NCBI GenBank assembly: GCA_041917095.1
Contig: JAYRYI010000006.1
Span: 236,653 to 300,652, forward strand
Source of the DNA: Caulobacter sp.
Lineage (GTDB): Bacteria; Pseudomonadota; Alphaproteobacteria; Caulobacterales; Caulobacteraceae
DNA: 64,000 bases
Direction: 5' to 3'
Shown here: positions 50,669 through 59,681 of the stretch, piece by piece
Layout of the letters: every line of letters starts with the position of its first letter
Numbering within the stretch: the stretch's first letter is position 1
Notes under the pieces: generated by a model
The model's input: the letters and a program-made list of their open reading frames with translations, nothing else
What the model was told of the DNA's origin: nothing
Databases searched by the model: none
Made by a program: the position numbers and the translations under genes

Positions 50669-51294
50669 GACGTCTTATCCCCTGCCTTGTCCCGCGCCGC
50701 GGGCTCGTCCTTCGGCCCCAGCGACAGGATGCCCTCGCGGGTCAGAATCGCGAGGTACTTGCAGTACTCGACCACGAGCCGGCGCGCATCCCCGCCGCGC
50801 TTCCACCAGCCGTCGACATCGACCAGGCCGGTAACGACCGGGTACTCGATCAGCTCCGCCTCGGGCATGGCCGCGCGGATCTCGAGGGTCGAGCGCGGCA
50901 TGTGATAGTCCGAGGTCACCACGATCAGGGTCTTGAAGTCCTTGGTGCGCGCCCATTCGGCGATCTCCTCGGCGTTGCCGACGGTGTCAGCGGCCGTGTA
51001 GCCGAGGTCCACACAGCAGTCGTAGATCGGTTTCACCGCCCGACTGACGGCCAGGATGTCCTCGCGGCTGGCCTCGCGGTTGACGCCGGAGATCAGCAGG
51101 CGCTTGCCCTTGCCGCGCTCCAGCAGGCGGGCGGCGGCCTCAAGGCGCAGGTCCGAGGCGCCGGTCAGGGCCACCACGGCGTCCGCCACCGGGGGTTCGG
51201 CCGGCGGGGTCGAGCGTTCGACGCGCTGCGCGAAGGCGACCAGGCCGGCGGCCCAGATCAGCGCGACGATCAGGAGGGCGACCAGCGTCCTCAC
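50665..51294 (-). CDS. YdcF/ElyC (DUF218) family envelope protein
   Basis: Only the 3' 209 codons of the track ORF look real. The GTG at 51294 overlaps the ftsX stop (VRTLVALLIVALIWAAGLVAF...). LLISGV and VTSDYHMPR motifs are typical of DUF218. Confidence 0.8.
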   Translation of the reverse strand: MRTLVALLIVALIWAAGLVAFAQRVERSTPPAEPPVADAVVALTGASDLRLEAAARLLERGKGKRLLISGVNREASREDILAVSRAVKPIYDCCVDLGYTAADTVGNAEEIAEWARTKDFKTLIVVTSDYHMPRSTLEIRAAMPEAELIEYPVVTGLVDVDGWWKRGGDARRLVVEYCKYLAILTREGILSLGPKDEPAARDKAGDKTS

Positions 51295-52184
51295 GCCATT
51301 TCTCCGATAAGCCCCCGTGCTGCGACGCGGGCGGCCACGGCCGCCACGAACGCCGCCAGGAGCGGCGTCGGAAGGACAGCCAACAGGTCCAGCCAGGCGA
51401 CCGGGAGGACGGGCGTCAACCCCTTTCCCCCTCCGGCGAGTCTGGCCAGCGCGCCGATACTGGCGGCCCCCGCCGCGCCGAACAACCCCGCGAGGGCGGC
51501 GGCGCGGGCGAACCGGGTCTGGAACAGGCTGACGACGAACTTTGCCTGCGCGCCGGACAGATGCAGCACCTCGATGGTCTCGCGATGGGCAGCCATGGCC
51601 GCCCGGGTGGCGAATCCGATGACCGCCGCCGCCGCCGCCGCGATCAGCAGATAGACGCCCAGCCCCGCCCAGCGGGCGACGCCGGCGGCCCGCTCGATGT
51701 CGGCGATCCACAGGCTGTGGTCGTCCACGGTCGCGTCGATCCCGGCCGCCTTCAACGCCTTGTCGAGCGTGACGGCGGTCGCCGGATTCTTCGGATCGAG
51801 GTCCACGGTGACCAGCCGCGGGATCGGCAGGTCGTCCAGCAGGGCCTCGCGGCCGAGCCATGGCTCGAGCAGCGCCTCGGCGCGGGCCTTCTCCAGCGCG
51901 CGGGCCTCGGTGACGCCCTTGACCCCGGCCAGGGCCTCGGCGGCCCGACCGGCGGCGGTGTCCGGCGTCTCGTTGCCGTTGGCGCGCACGACGATGGTGG
52001 CCGAGCCGGTCAGCTGGCTGGTCCAGCCGCGCGCCGCGCGGTCCGCCGCCAGGGCGCCGATCGCGGTCAGGCAGGCCAGGAAGCAGAGGACCGCCACCAC
52101 GAACACCAGCGCGCCGTCGCGCGGATCCTTGCGCGGCAGCAGCGGGGCCGGTTTCCAGCGGCGGACGTCGAACAGCTCGCTCAT
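51291..52184 (-). CDS. ftsX: Cell-division ABC transporter permease-like protein FtsX
   Basis: 297 aa with four TM helices and a large first periplasmic loop. Its ATG overlaps the ftsE stop (ATGA). Confidence 0.85.
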   Translation of the reverse strand: MSELFDVRRWKPAPLLPRKDPRDGALVFVVAVLCFLACLTAIGALAADRAARGWTSQLTGSATIVVRANGNETPDTAAGRAAEALAGVKGVTEARALEKARAEALLEPWLGREALLDDLPIPRLVTVDLDPKNPATAVTLDKALKAAGIDATVDDHSLWIADIERAAGVARWAGLGVYLLIAAAAAAVIGFATRAAMAAHRETIEVLHLSGAQAKFVVSLFQTRFARAAALAGLFGAAGAASIGALARLAGGGKGLTPVLPVAWLDLLAVLPTPLLAAFVAAVAARVAARGLIGEMA

Positions 52185-52915
52185 CCCAGCCGCTCCCCGA
52201 CGCCCCGGCCATAGGCGCGCAGACGGCCGCGGTCCAGGTGCAGCACCGGCTGGCCGGAGCGGGCGACCAGATCCTCGTCGTGGCTGGCGATCAGCACGGT
52301 GGTGCCGAGCCGGTTCAGCTCGACGAACAGCTTCAGGATGCGTATGGCGTGGGCGTCGTCGACGTTTCCGGTCGGCTCGTCGGCCAGCAGGACGTCGGGC
52401 CGGTTCACGACCGCGCGGGCGATGGCCAGCCGCTGCTTCTCGCCGCCCGACAGTGTCGGGGGGAGGGCGTGCATGCGGTCCTTCAGCCCGACCCAGGCCA
52501 GCAGTTCGGCGACATCGGCGCGGTAGCTCTCGGGCCTGGCGCCGGCGATCCGCAGGGGCAGGGCGACGTTGTCGAACGCCGACAGGTGCTCCAGCAGGCG
52601 GAACTCCTGGAAGACCACGCCGATCCGCCGGCGCAGGAACGGTCGGTCCGTCGCATGCACGGCATCGACATCGCGGCCGAACAGTTCGATCGTCCCCTTG
52701 GACGGTCGTTCGGCGAGATAGATCAGCTTCAGCAGGCTGCTCTTGCCGGCCCCGGAAGCCCCGGTGAGGAAATGGAAACTGCCCGCCGCCAGCTCGAAGT
52801 TGATGTCCTTGAGCACCTCCGGCGCGCGGCCGTAGCGCATGCCTACGCCGTCGAAGCGCAATACCGGTCCGGCGGGGCCTTCGCCCTCAAATACGGTGCT
52901 GTGGTTTCTGGACAT
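52181..52915 (-). CDS. ftsE: Cell-division ATP-binding protein FtsE
   Basis: GASGAGKSS (Walker A), LSGGEKQR (signature) and LLADEPTG (Walker B). Confidence 0.9.
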   Translation of the reverse strand: MSRNHSTVFEGEGPAGPVLRFDGVGMRYGRAPEVLKDINFELAAGSFHFLTGASGAGKSSLLKLIYLAERPSKGTIELFGRDVDAVHATDRPFLRRRIGVVFQEFRLLEHLSAFDNVALPLRIAGARPESYRADVAELLAWVGLKDRMHALPPTLSGGEKQRLAIARAVVNRPDVLLADEPTGNVDDAHAIRILKLFVELNRLGTTVLIASHDEDLVARSGQPVLHLDRGRLRAYGRGVGERLG

Positions 52916-52971
52916 GGAAGCCGAAATCGGCGACCTCGGGAAGAGGAGCGGGGAGCGTCCGATTCGCCGGC

Positions 52972-53832
52972 ATGATACTGACCTGTCCCGAGTGCGCTAC
53001 CCGGTATTTCGTGCCCGACGAGAAGGTTGGCCCGTCCGGCAGGACGGTGCGCTGTTCCTCGTGCGGCAACCGCTGGACCGCCGAGGGCCAGGCCGATCTC
53101 GAACTCTTCGTCGATCCTGAAGCCGGCGCGGCCGCTGTCGAGGACGACAAGGTCGAGGAGACTCCGGTCAGCGAGCTTCCCGGCGACGAACTCCCCAAGG
53201 TCTTCCGCCAGAAGGCGAGCGACGAACGGCGCGTGCGCGAGGCGGCGACGGTCGGCGTGGTCTGGGCCGGCATGGCGGTCGGGGTGCTGGCCCTGGCGCT
53301 GGGCTCGATCGTGTTCCGCGGCTCGGTGGTCGAGATGTGGCCGCGGACGGCCAGCGCCTTCGCCGCCGTCGGCCTCGACGTGAACCGGGTCGGGCTGGAG
53401 ATCGAGGATGTCCAGGCCGAGGCCGCGCTGCAGGACGGCCACGCCGCGCTGGCGGTCTCGGGCGTGATGCGCAACATCGAGGATCATCCGGTGAAGGCGC
53501 CGCCGCTGCGCGTCAGCCTCATCAACAAGGCCGGCAAGGTCGTGGCGGTGACGGTGAAGAGCACGCCGGACCCGCTGATTCCGCCCGGCGAGACGCGGCA
53601 TTTCGCGTTGGCGATCCTCGATCCGCCGACGACCGCCGCGATCCTGGAGGTCAGCTTCGAGCTCAAGAAGGGCGCCAAGGGCGAGGCCACGACCGCCGCC
53701 GCCAAGCCCAAGGGCCAGGTCGAGCGCGTGACGTTGCGCGGCGAAGTCGGGGGCGAACAGACGCCCGCGCCGCCGCCCGTGGACGCCCATCCGGTCGAGG
53801 ACGCCGGTCACGCGCCGACGGAGAGCCACTGA
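52972..53832 (+). CDS. MJ0042-type zinc-ribbon + TM + DUF3426 protein (ZitP-like)
   Basis: The N-terminus MILTCPECATRYFVPDEKVGPSGRTVRCSSCGNRW forms a CxxC...CxxC ribbon. It is followed by one TM (VVWAGMAVGVLALALGSIVF) and a C-terminal beta-rich domain. This matches the Caulobacter ZitP architecture as I recall it. Confidence 0.75.
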   Translation: MILTCPECATRYFVPDEKVGPSGRTVRCSSCGNRWTAEGQADLELFVDPEAGAAAVEDDKVEETPVSELPGDELPKVFRQKASDERRVREAATVGVVWAGMAVGVLALALGSIVFRGSVVEMWPRTASAFAAVGLDVNRVGLEIEDVQAEAALQDGHAALAVSGVMRNIEDHPVKAPPLRVSLINKAGKVVAVTVKSTPDPLIPPGETRHFALAILDPPTTAAILEVSFELKKGAKGEATTAAAKPKGQVERVTLRGEVGGEQTPAPPPVDAHPVEDAGHAPTESH

Positions 53833-54359
53833 TGAGCGAGGCGCAGCCGACCGTCCTGCTGCCCGAGGAGGAGGTCGCCCGGCGTGTCGCCGCCCTGGCC
53901 AGGGTGATCGCGCCGCGCATCGACGACGAGACGGTGATGGTCTGCCTGCTGACCGGCGGCATCTGGTTCGCGGCCGACCTGACCCGCGCCCTGGCCCGGG
54001 AAGGGCGGCTGACCCGCTTCGACGCCCTGTGGCTGTCATCCTACCGCGACGAACGCCAGAGCTATGGCCGGTGCGAGGTGCGCGCCGACCTGCAGCGGCC
54101 GGTGGTCGGCCGCAAGGCGCTGATCGTCGACGACGTGTTCGACACCGGCCTGTCGCTCAGCGAGGCGGCGCGGCTGGTCGCCGACGCCGGGGCCAGCGAG
54201 GTGCTGACGGCGGTGTTCGCGCGCAAGCCCTGGCCGACGCCGCGCGCCATCGAGCCCGACTTCGTGGCCTGGGAAGCGCCGGGCCGTTTCCTGGTCGGCT
54301 ACGGCATGGACGTGGCCGGCGGCATGCGCGGCATCCCGTACATCGGGGCGATGGACTAG
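53832..54359 (+). CDS. hpt: Hypoxanthine-guanine phosphoribosyltransferase
   Basis: The ATG overlaps the upstream stop (ATGA). PRPP-binding motif KALIVDDVFDTGLSL; 175 aa. Confidence 0.9.
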   Translation: MSEAQPTVLLPEEEVARRVAALARVIAPRIDDETVMVCLLTGGIWFAADLTRALAREGRLTRFDALWLSSYRDERQSYGRCEVRADLQRPVVGRKALIVDDVFDTGLSLSEAARLVADAGASEVLTAVFARKPWPTPRAIEPDFVAWEAPGRFLVGYGMDVAGGMRGIPYIGAMD

Positions 54360-54363
54360 GCGT

Positions 54364-54579
54364 TCACCCGTCCCAACTGAACACATCCTCCACCCCCACG
54401 CCGAACACCCGGGAGATGCGGAACGCCGCTTCCAGGGAGGGGGAGTACTTGCCCTGCTCGATGGCGACGATGGTCTGGCGGGTCATGCCGATAGCGTCGG
54501 CGAGGGCCTGCTGGGTCATCTCGCCGTGGTCGAAGCGCAGGCGGCGGATGGTGTTCGAGATCGGCGGCGGACCGGCCAC
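54364..54579 (-). CDS. Small XRE/Cro-C1 family HTH regulator (71 aa)
   Basis: MTQQALADAIGMTRQTIVAIEQGKYSPSLEAAFRISRVFGVGVEDVF. Same family and same operon position as the regulator at 819..1016. Confidence 0.85.
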   Translation of the reverse strand: MAGPPPISNTIRRLRFDHGEMTQQALADAIGMTRQTIVAIEQGKYSPSLEAAFRISRVFGVGVEDVFSWDG

Positions 54580-54580
54580 G

Positions 54581-55000
54581 TCAGGCGCCCCGGCGGTAGC
54601 TGACGATCACCCAGCCCGACCGGACGATCTCGCCGACGACCATGGCCGCCAGCACGCCGTTGGCCATGACCAGCGGGCTGGCGCCGATCAGCCACAGGGC
54701 GGACACGCAGATGGCCGCTGCATTCAGGGCGTAGAAGCCGGCGCGGGCCCCCTTCAGGTCGATCAGTCGCTCGCGCTCGTCCATCGGCGCGTCGGCGGCC
54801 TTGCCGGACGACAGGGCCAGCACGATGGCGACGATGACCTGGACGATGGTGAGAATGATCACGCCGCCGATGAACAGCCCCACCGAACTGGCTTGCAGCG
54901 ACCGGTCCTGGAGGTCGGGCCACAGCATCCAGAAGTAGACGCCCCAGACGCCGCCGGTGGCGAGCAGCGAGACCCAGGCGGTCTTCTCACGGAAAGGCAT
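54581..55000 (-). CDS. DUF2178-like membrane protein, paralogue 2
   Basis: 139 aa, four TM helices. It shares MxFREKxxWxxLLAxxGVWGxYF, DERxxLIxLKGxR and ANGVxLAxVVxEI...YRRGxA with the gene immediately upstream. Confidence 0.75.
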   Translation of the reverse strand: MPFREKTAWVSLLATGGVWGVYFWMLWPDLQDRSLQASSVGLFIGGVIILTIVQVIVAIVLALSSGKAADAPMDERERLIDLKGARAGFYALNAAAICVSALWLIGASPLVMANGVLAAMVVGEIVRSGWVIVSYRRGA

Positions 55001-55045
55001 GGCGAGGTCTCCGAAATTGGAGCGGGTTGCGAGTTGGGCCGGTCA

Positions 55046-55459
55046 TCAGGCGACGCCGCGCCGGTAGGCCATGAGTTCCCGGATCGACTTGCCGATCTCG
55101 GCGACGACCACCGCCAGGACGACGCCGTTGGCCACGACCATCGCCGGGGCGTCGACGAGGACCAGTCCCGCGGCGGCGAGCGCGAGGCCGGTCAGCACGA
55201 AGTAGGCGAACCGGAACCCTTTCAGCTCGATCAGGTTGTCGCGCTCGTCATCCAGCGCCTCCAGGCCCTTGGGATTGAGGACGGCGACCAGGATGATCAG
55301 CACGGCCTGGACCACCAGGACGGCGGCCAGTGAGCCCGCGAACAGCCAGAAGGCTTCCTGCCCCTGCGGCTGGCTCGTCGCGACGCGAGCGAAGTAGTGG
55401 CCCCATACGCCGAGGCTGGCGAGCAGCGCGATCCAGTGGGCCTTTTCGCGGAACGACAT
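55046..55459 (-). CDS. DUF2178-like membrane protein, paralogue 1
   Basis: 137 aa, a tandem paralogue of 54581..55000. First gene of the membrane-membrane-XRE operon. Confidence 0.75.
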   Translation of the reverse strand: MSFREKAHWIALLASLGVWGHYFARVATSQPQGQEAFWLFAGSLAAVLVVQAVLIILVAVLNPKGLEALDDERDNLIELKGFRFAYFVLTGLALAAAGLVLVDAPAMVVANGVVLAVVVAEIGKSIRELMAYRRGVA

Positions 55460-55498
55460 GACCGGTTCTCCGGGTTGGTGTCTGACAAGTTGGTCGTC

Positions 55499-55518
55499 AT
55501 GTAAAAAATATCATACAT
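55499..55518. promoter_or_regulatory. AT-rich inverted repeat in the promoter region of the membrane/XRE operon
   Basis: ATGTA-N10-TACAT sits inside the most AT-rich stretch of the window (GTCATGTAAAAAATATCATACATAATGTCGAG), about 40 nt upstream of the operon start. Confidence 0.35.
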
Positions 55519-55699
55519 AATGTCGAGTGTCTTTTTCACGTGAGCCGCGTTTGCGCGGCGCGCGGCGGTCGCGAGCGCGACGGAGAGGGCGGGCGAACGC
55601 GGTCATGACCTGACGCGACGTCATACTTGTCGGCCGCCCGCGCGGGCTGACAGGCTGAGAGGCGGCCGGCGCCAGACCGGCGGGAGGAGACCTGGGGCC

Positions 55700-56551
55700 A
55701 TGGCCTACGAGACCATTCTCACCTCGCTCGACGATGGCGTCCTCACCCTTACCCTCAACCGGCCGGAGGCGCTGAACGCCTACACCGCCCGCATGGGTGC
55801 GGAGCTGGCCGACGCGTTCGTCGAGGCCGACGCCAACGACGATGTCCGCGTAGTGATCGTCACCGGCGCGGGCCGCGGCTTCTGCGCCGGGGCGGACATG
55901 TCCGCGGGCGCCGACGCCTTCGGCGGCGACGGGGCCAAGCTGTTCGGCGAGGGGCGTCCGCGCACCGGCGCGCCGAAGGGCGGCTTCACCGAGGCGATCT
56001 ACACCTGCCGCAAGCCGTCGATCGCGGCGATCAACGGCGGCGCGGTCGGGGTGGGCATCACCATGACCCTGCCGATGGACATCCGCATCGCCTCGACCAA
56101 GGCCAAGATCGGCTTCGTCTTCGCCCGCCGGGGCCTGGCGCCGGAGGCCGGGGCGGCTTCCTTCCTGCCCCGCATCGTCGGCCTGCCCCAGGCGCTGCGC
56201 TGGTGCTACTCGGGCCGGGTGTTCGGGGCCGACGAGGCGCTGGCCGGCGGCCTGGTCAGCGAGGTGACCGAACCGGAAGACCTGCTGCCCCGCGCCACCG
56301 CCATCGCCCGCGAGATCGCCGACGAGACCTCCGCCGTTTCGATCGCCGTCACCCGGGCGCTGCTGTGGCGCTTCTCGGGAGAAGCCGATCCGCTGAAGAG
56401 CCTTTCCGTCGACGGCCCGCTGGCCATGGCCATGGGCGCGACGCCGGACGTGCGCGAGGGCGTCTCGGCCTTCCTTGAGAAGCGCAAGCCGAACTTCCCG
56501 GGCAAGGTCTCAACCGACATGCCGGGCGTCTATCCGTGGTGGGAGGACTGA
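55700..56551 (+). CDS. Enoyl-CoA hydratase/isomerase (crotonase) family protein
   Basis: VITGAGRGFCAGADM oxyanion-hole motif; 283 aa. Confidence 0.9.
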   Translation: MAYETILTSLDDGVLTLTLNRPEALNAYTARMGAELADAFVEADANDDVRVVIVTGAGRGFCAGADMSAGADAFGGDGAKLFGEGRPRTGAPKGGFTEAIYTCRKPSIAAINGGAVGVGITMTLPMDIRIASTKAKIGFVFARRGLAPEAGAASFLPRIVGLPQALRWCYSGRVFGADEALAGGLVSEVTEPEDLLPRATAIAREIADETSAVSIAVTRALLWRFSGEADPLKSLSVDGPLAMAMGATPDVREGVSAFLEKRKPNFPGKVSTDMPGVYPWWED

Positions 56552-56558
56552 CCAGTCT

Positions 56559-56693
56559 CCCTCCCCGCATGGGGAGGGTGCTCCCGAAGGGAGCGGGTGG
56601 GGCAAAGGTGATCGAAGGTCGGCGCTGACCGGCGCTCAGGTGGTTCCCCACCCGTCCCGGCTTCGCCGGTCCACCCTCCCCATGCGGGGAGGG
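56559..56693. repeat. Composite palindromic intergenic element, family A
   Basis: Terminal hairpins CCCTCCCC-GCAT-GGGGAGGG (56559-56578) and CCCTCCCC-ATGC-GGGGAGGG (56674-56693). The inner arms TGCTCCCGAAGGGAGCGGGTGGGG and CCCCACCCGTCCCGGCTTCGCCGG are also roughly complementary. Confidence 0.65.
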
Positions 56694-56703
56694 AGAGGAT
56701 GCC

Positions 56704-57975
56704 TTACCGCCACTCGCTGATCACCTCGTCGGCCAGCATTTCCTCGTAGCTCGGGCGTTTGCGGATCACGGCGTAGCGGTCGCCGTCGACCAGCACTTCG
56801 GGCACCAGCGGACGGCTGTTGTACTCGCTGGCCATGGCCGCGCCGTAGGCGCCGGCGCTCATGAAGGCGACGAGGTCGCCCGGGCCCATCGGCGGCAGCA
56901 GCCGCTCGCGGGTGAAGGTGTCGCCCGTCTCGCAGACCGGTCCGACGACATCGAGCGGCAAGGGCGCGGCGTCCGTCTCCCGAACCGGCCGGATGTCGTG
57001 GAAGGAGTCGTACATCGCCGGCCGGATCAGGTCGTTCATGGCGGCGTCCAGCACCAGGAACTTCCGGCCCTCCGGCCGCTCGTGCAGGTGGATCACCGAC
57101 GCCAGCAGGACGCCGGCGTTGGCGGCGATCACCCGGCCGGGCTCGAAGGCCAGGCGGATGTCGGGCAGGCCCTTCACGACCTTTGCCGCCATCGCCGCGT
57201 ACTCGGCCGGTCCCGGCGGGTCGGGCTGGTTGAAGTAGGGCACGCCCAGGCCGCCGCCGAGGTCGAGGCGCTCGACGCTCATCCCCTCGGCTCGCAGACT
57301 CTCGACGAGGCCGCGCATGCGGGTGAAGGCGGCCTCGAACGGCGCCAGGTCGGTGATCTGGCTGCCGATGTGGCAGGCGACGCCGAGCGGGTTCAGGTGC
57401 GGGTGGTTGCTGGCGTTGGCGTAGAGCCGCGCGGCCTCGGCGAAGGAGACGCCGAACTTGTTCTCGGCCTTGCCGGTGGCGATCTTGGCGTGGCCGCCGG
57501 CGGCGACGTCGGGGTTGACCCGGAAGACGATCGGCGCGCGGATCTGGAGCTCTTCAGCCACCGCCGCGACCAGCCGCATCTCCGGCTCGGACTCGACATT
57601 GATCTCGGACACGCCGGCCTTCAGCGCGAAGGCGATCTCGCTCCGGGTCTTGCCGACGCCGGAAAAGACGATGCGCTCGCCCGGGATGCCGGCGGCCAGC
57701 GCCCGGCGGATCTCGCCTTCGGAGACGGTGTCGGCCCCGGCGCCGAGATCGCCCAGAACCCTGAGGACCGAAACGTTGCTGTTGGCCTTGACCGCGTAGG
57801 CGACCAGCGGGTCGACAATGCCCGCGTCGACCAGCGCGTCGCGGAAGACCGTGTAGTGCCGCTCCAGGGTGGCGCGGGAGTAGACATAGACCGGCGTGCC
57901 GACCTCAACCGCGATCCGGGACAGGGGGACGTTCTCGCAGTGGAGCTCGCCGCCCCGGACCTCGAAGTGGTTCAC
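56704..57975 (-). CDS. lysA: Diaminopimelate decarboxylase
   Basis: 423 aa. Contains the PLP-lysine block YAVKANSN, plus GGGLGVPY and CETGD motifs. Confidence 0.93.
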   Translation of the reverse strand: MNHFEVRGGELHCENVPLSRIAVEVGTPVYVYSRATLERHYTVFRDALVDAGIVDPLVAYAVKANSNVSVLRVLGDLGAGADTVSEGEIRRALAAGIPGERIVFSGVGKTRSEIAFALKAGVSEINVESEPEMRLVAAVAEELQIRAPIVFRVNPDVAAGGHAKIATGKAENKFGVSFAEAARLYANASNHPHLNPLGVACHIGSQITDLAPFEAAFTRMRGLVESLRAEGMSVERLDLGGGLGVPYFNQPDPPGPAEYAAMAAKVVKGLPDIRLAFEPGRVIAANAGVLLASVIHLHERPEGRKFLVLDAAMNDLIRPAMYDSFHDIRPVRETDAAPLPLDVVGPVCETGDTFTRERLLPPMGPGDLVAFMSAGAYGAAMASEYNSRPLVPEVLVDGDRYAVIRKRPSYEEMLADEVISEWR

Positions 57976-57996
57976 GCTGGTCTCGAGTCTCTCTGT

Positions 57997-58278
57997 CTAG
58001 CGGGGGTCGGAGCCCGGCCCGGCGAAGGGGTCGTTCGGCGCGCCGCCGATCTGGGACTCGCGGATGTTGCCCCGGCTGGTCGCCGGATCGGCCAGTTCCT
58101 CGTCGGACCGCGGGTCGGACGGACGGTTGCCGCGGCCCATGGCGGCGCGGCGGTCGGCTTCGAAGGCGGCGCGCTTGGCCGGATCCTCGGGACGCTCGAG
58201 GTCGCCGAGCGAGCCGCAGGCCGACAGGGCCATGCCCGTCGCGACGAGCATGAGGGGAAGCAGTCGAACCGGTTTCAT
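57997..58278 (-). CDS. Small lipoprotein (93 aa) between argH and lysA
   Basis: Only the 3' end of the track ORF looks real. [21 protein letters not shown] contains a lipobox, LSAC. The ATG overlaps the argH stop (ATGA). Confidence 0.7.
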   Translation of the reverse strand: MKPVRLLPLMLVATGMALSACGSLGDLERPEDPAKRAAFEADRRAAMGRGNRPSDPRSDEELADPATSRGNIRESQIGGAPNDPFAGPGSDPR

Positions 58279-59681
58279 CGCAGGCTGTCCTTCCAGCGCT
58301 TGATCTGGGCCCGCACGCCGTCCGGGGCCGTCCCGCCATAGCTTACGCGGCTCGCGGCCGAAGCGGCAGGGGTCAGCACCCTGAAAACGTCCTCGCCGAT
58401 GCCCTGGTTCAGCGCCTGAAGCTCGGTCAGCGGCAGGTTCGCCAGATCGACGCCCAGCTGTTCGGCCCGCTTCACCGCCGCGCCGGTCACATGGTGGGCG
58501 TCGCGGAACGGCAGGTCGAGCTCCCGCACCAGCCAGTCGGCGAGGTCGGTGGCGGTGGAGAATCCGGCGCCGGCCGCGGCGGCCATGCGCTCGGTGACCG
58601 GCTCCAGGTCGCGGACCATGCCGGTCATGGCCAGCAGGGCGAGTTCGAGCGCATCGAAAGCCTCGAAGGTCGGGACCTTGTCCTCCTGCATGTCCTTCGA
58701 ATAGGCGAGGGGAAGGCCCTTCATGACCACGGTCAGGGTGGTCAGCGAGCCCAGTATGCGGCCGACCTTGGCCCGGATCAGCTCGGCGGCGTCCGGGTTC
58801 TTCTTCTGCGGCATGATCGAGCTGCCGGTCGTGAAGGCGTCGCTCAGCTTCACGAAGCCGAACTGCGGCGTCATCCAGATCACGATCTCCTCGGCCAGCC
58901 GCGACAGGTGCGTCGAGCAGATGCTGGCCGCCGACAGGGCCTCCAGCGCGAAGTCGCGCGAGGAGACGCTGTCCAGCGAGTTGGCGGTGGGCCGGTCGAA
59001 GCCGAGCGCCCTGGCCGTCATTTCCCGGTCGATCGGGAAGGGGCTGCCGGCCAGCGCGGCGGCGCCCAGCGGGCACTCGTTCATCCGCGTCCGGGCGTCG
59101 CGGAAGCGCGAGGCGTCGCGGCCGAACATCTCGACATAGGCCATCAGATGGTGGCCGAAGGTCACCGGCTGGGCCGGCTGCAGATGCGTGAAACCGGGCA
59201 TCAGGGCGTCGGCGTGGGCCTCGGCCTTGTCGAGCAACGCCGTGATCAGGCCGGTGATCTGGGCCGCCGAGCGTTCGCAGGCCTCGCGGACCCAGAGGCG
59301 GAAATCGAGGGCGACCTGGTCGTTGCGCGACCGCGCGGTGTGCAGGCGGCCGGCCACCGGGCCGATCAGCTCGCGCAGCCGCGCCTCCACGTTCATGTGG
59401 ATGTCTTCGTATTCCTCGCGGAACGGGAAGGTCCCCGCCTCGATCTCGCCGTGGACGGCGTCGAGTCCGCGCTGGATTTGCGCTTCATCCTCGCTAGATA
59501 GGACCCCGGCCTTCGCCAGCATGGCGGCGTGGGCCTTCGAGCCGGCGATGTCCTGCGCCCAGAGGCGCTTGTCAAAGCCGATCGAGACGTTGATCGCCTG
59601 CATCAGGTCGCTGGGGCGCGCCGAGAACCGACCGCCCCACATCGCCTGGCCTTGGGACTTTTCGGAAGGGTTGTCAGTCAT
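58275..59681 (-). CDS. argH: Argininosuccinate lyase
   Basis: MWGGRFS and the [12 protein letters not shown] signature. The start is either the ATG at 59681 or Met14 (59642). Confidence 0.93.
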   Translation of the reverse strand: MTDNPSEKSQGQAMWGGRFSARPSDLMQAINVSIGFDKRLWAQDIAGSKAHAAMLAKAGVLSSEDEAQIQRGLDAVHGEIEAGTFPFREEYEDIHMNVEARLRELIGPVAGRLHTARSRNDQVALDFRLWVREACERSAAQITGLITALLDKAEAHADALMPGFTHLQPAQPVTFGHHLMAYVEMFGRDASRFRDARTRMNECPLGAAALAGSPFPIDREMTARALGFDRPTANSLDSVSSRDFALEALSAASICSTHLSRLAEEIVIWMTPQFGFVKLSDAFTTGSSIMPQKKNPDAAELIRAKVGRILGSLTTLTVVMKGLPLAYSKDMQEDKVPTFEAFDALELALLAMTGMVRDLEPVTERMAAAAGAGFSTATDLADWLVRELDLPFRDAHHVTGAAVKRAEQLGVDLANLPLTELQALNQGIGEDVFRVLTPAASAASRVSYGGTAPDGVRAQIKRWKDSLR

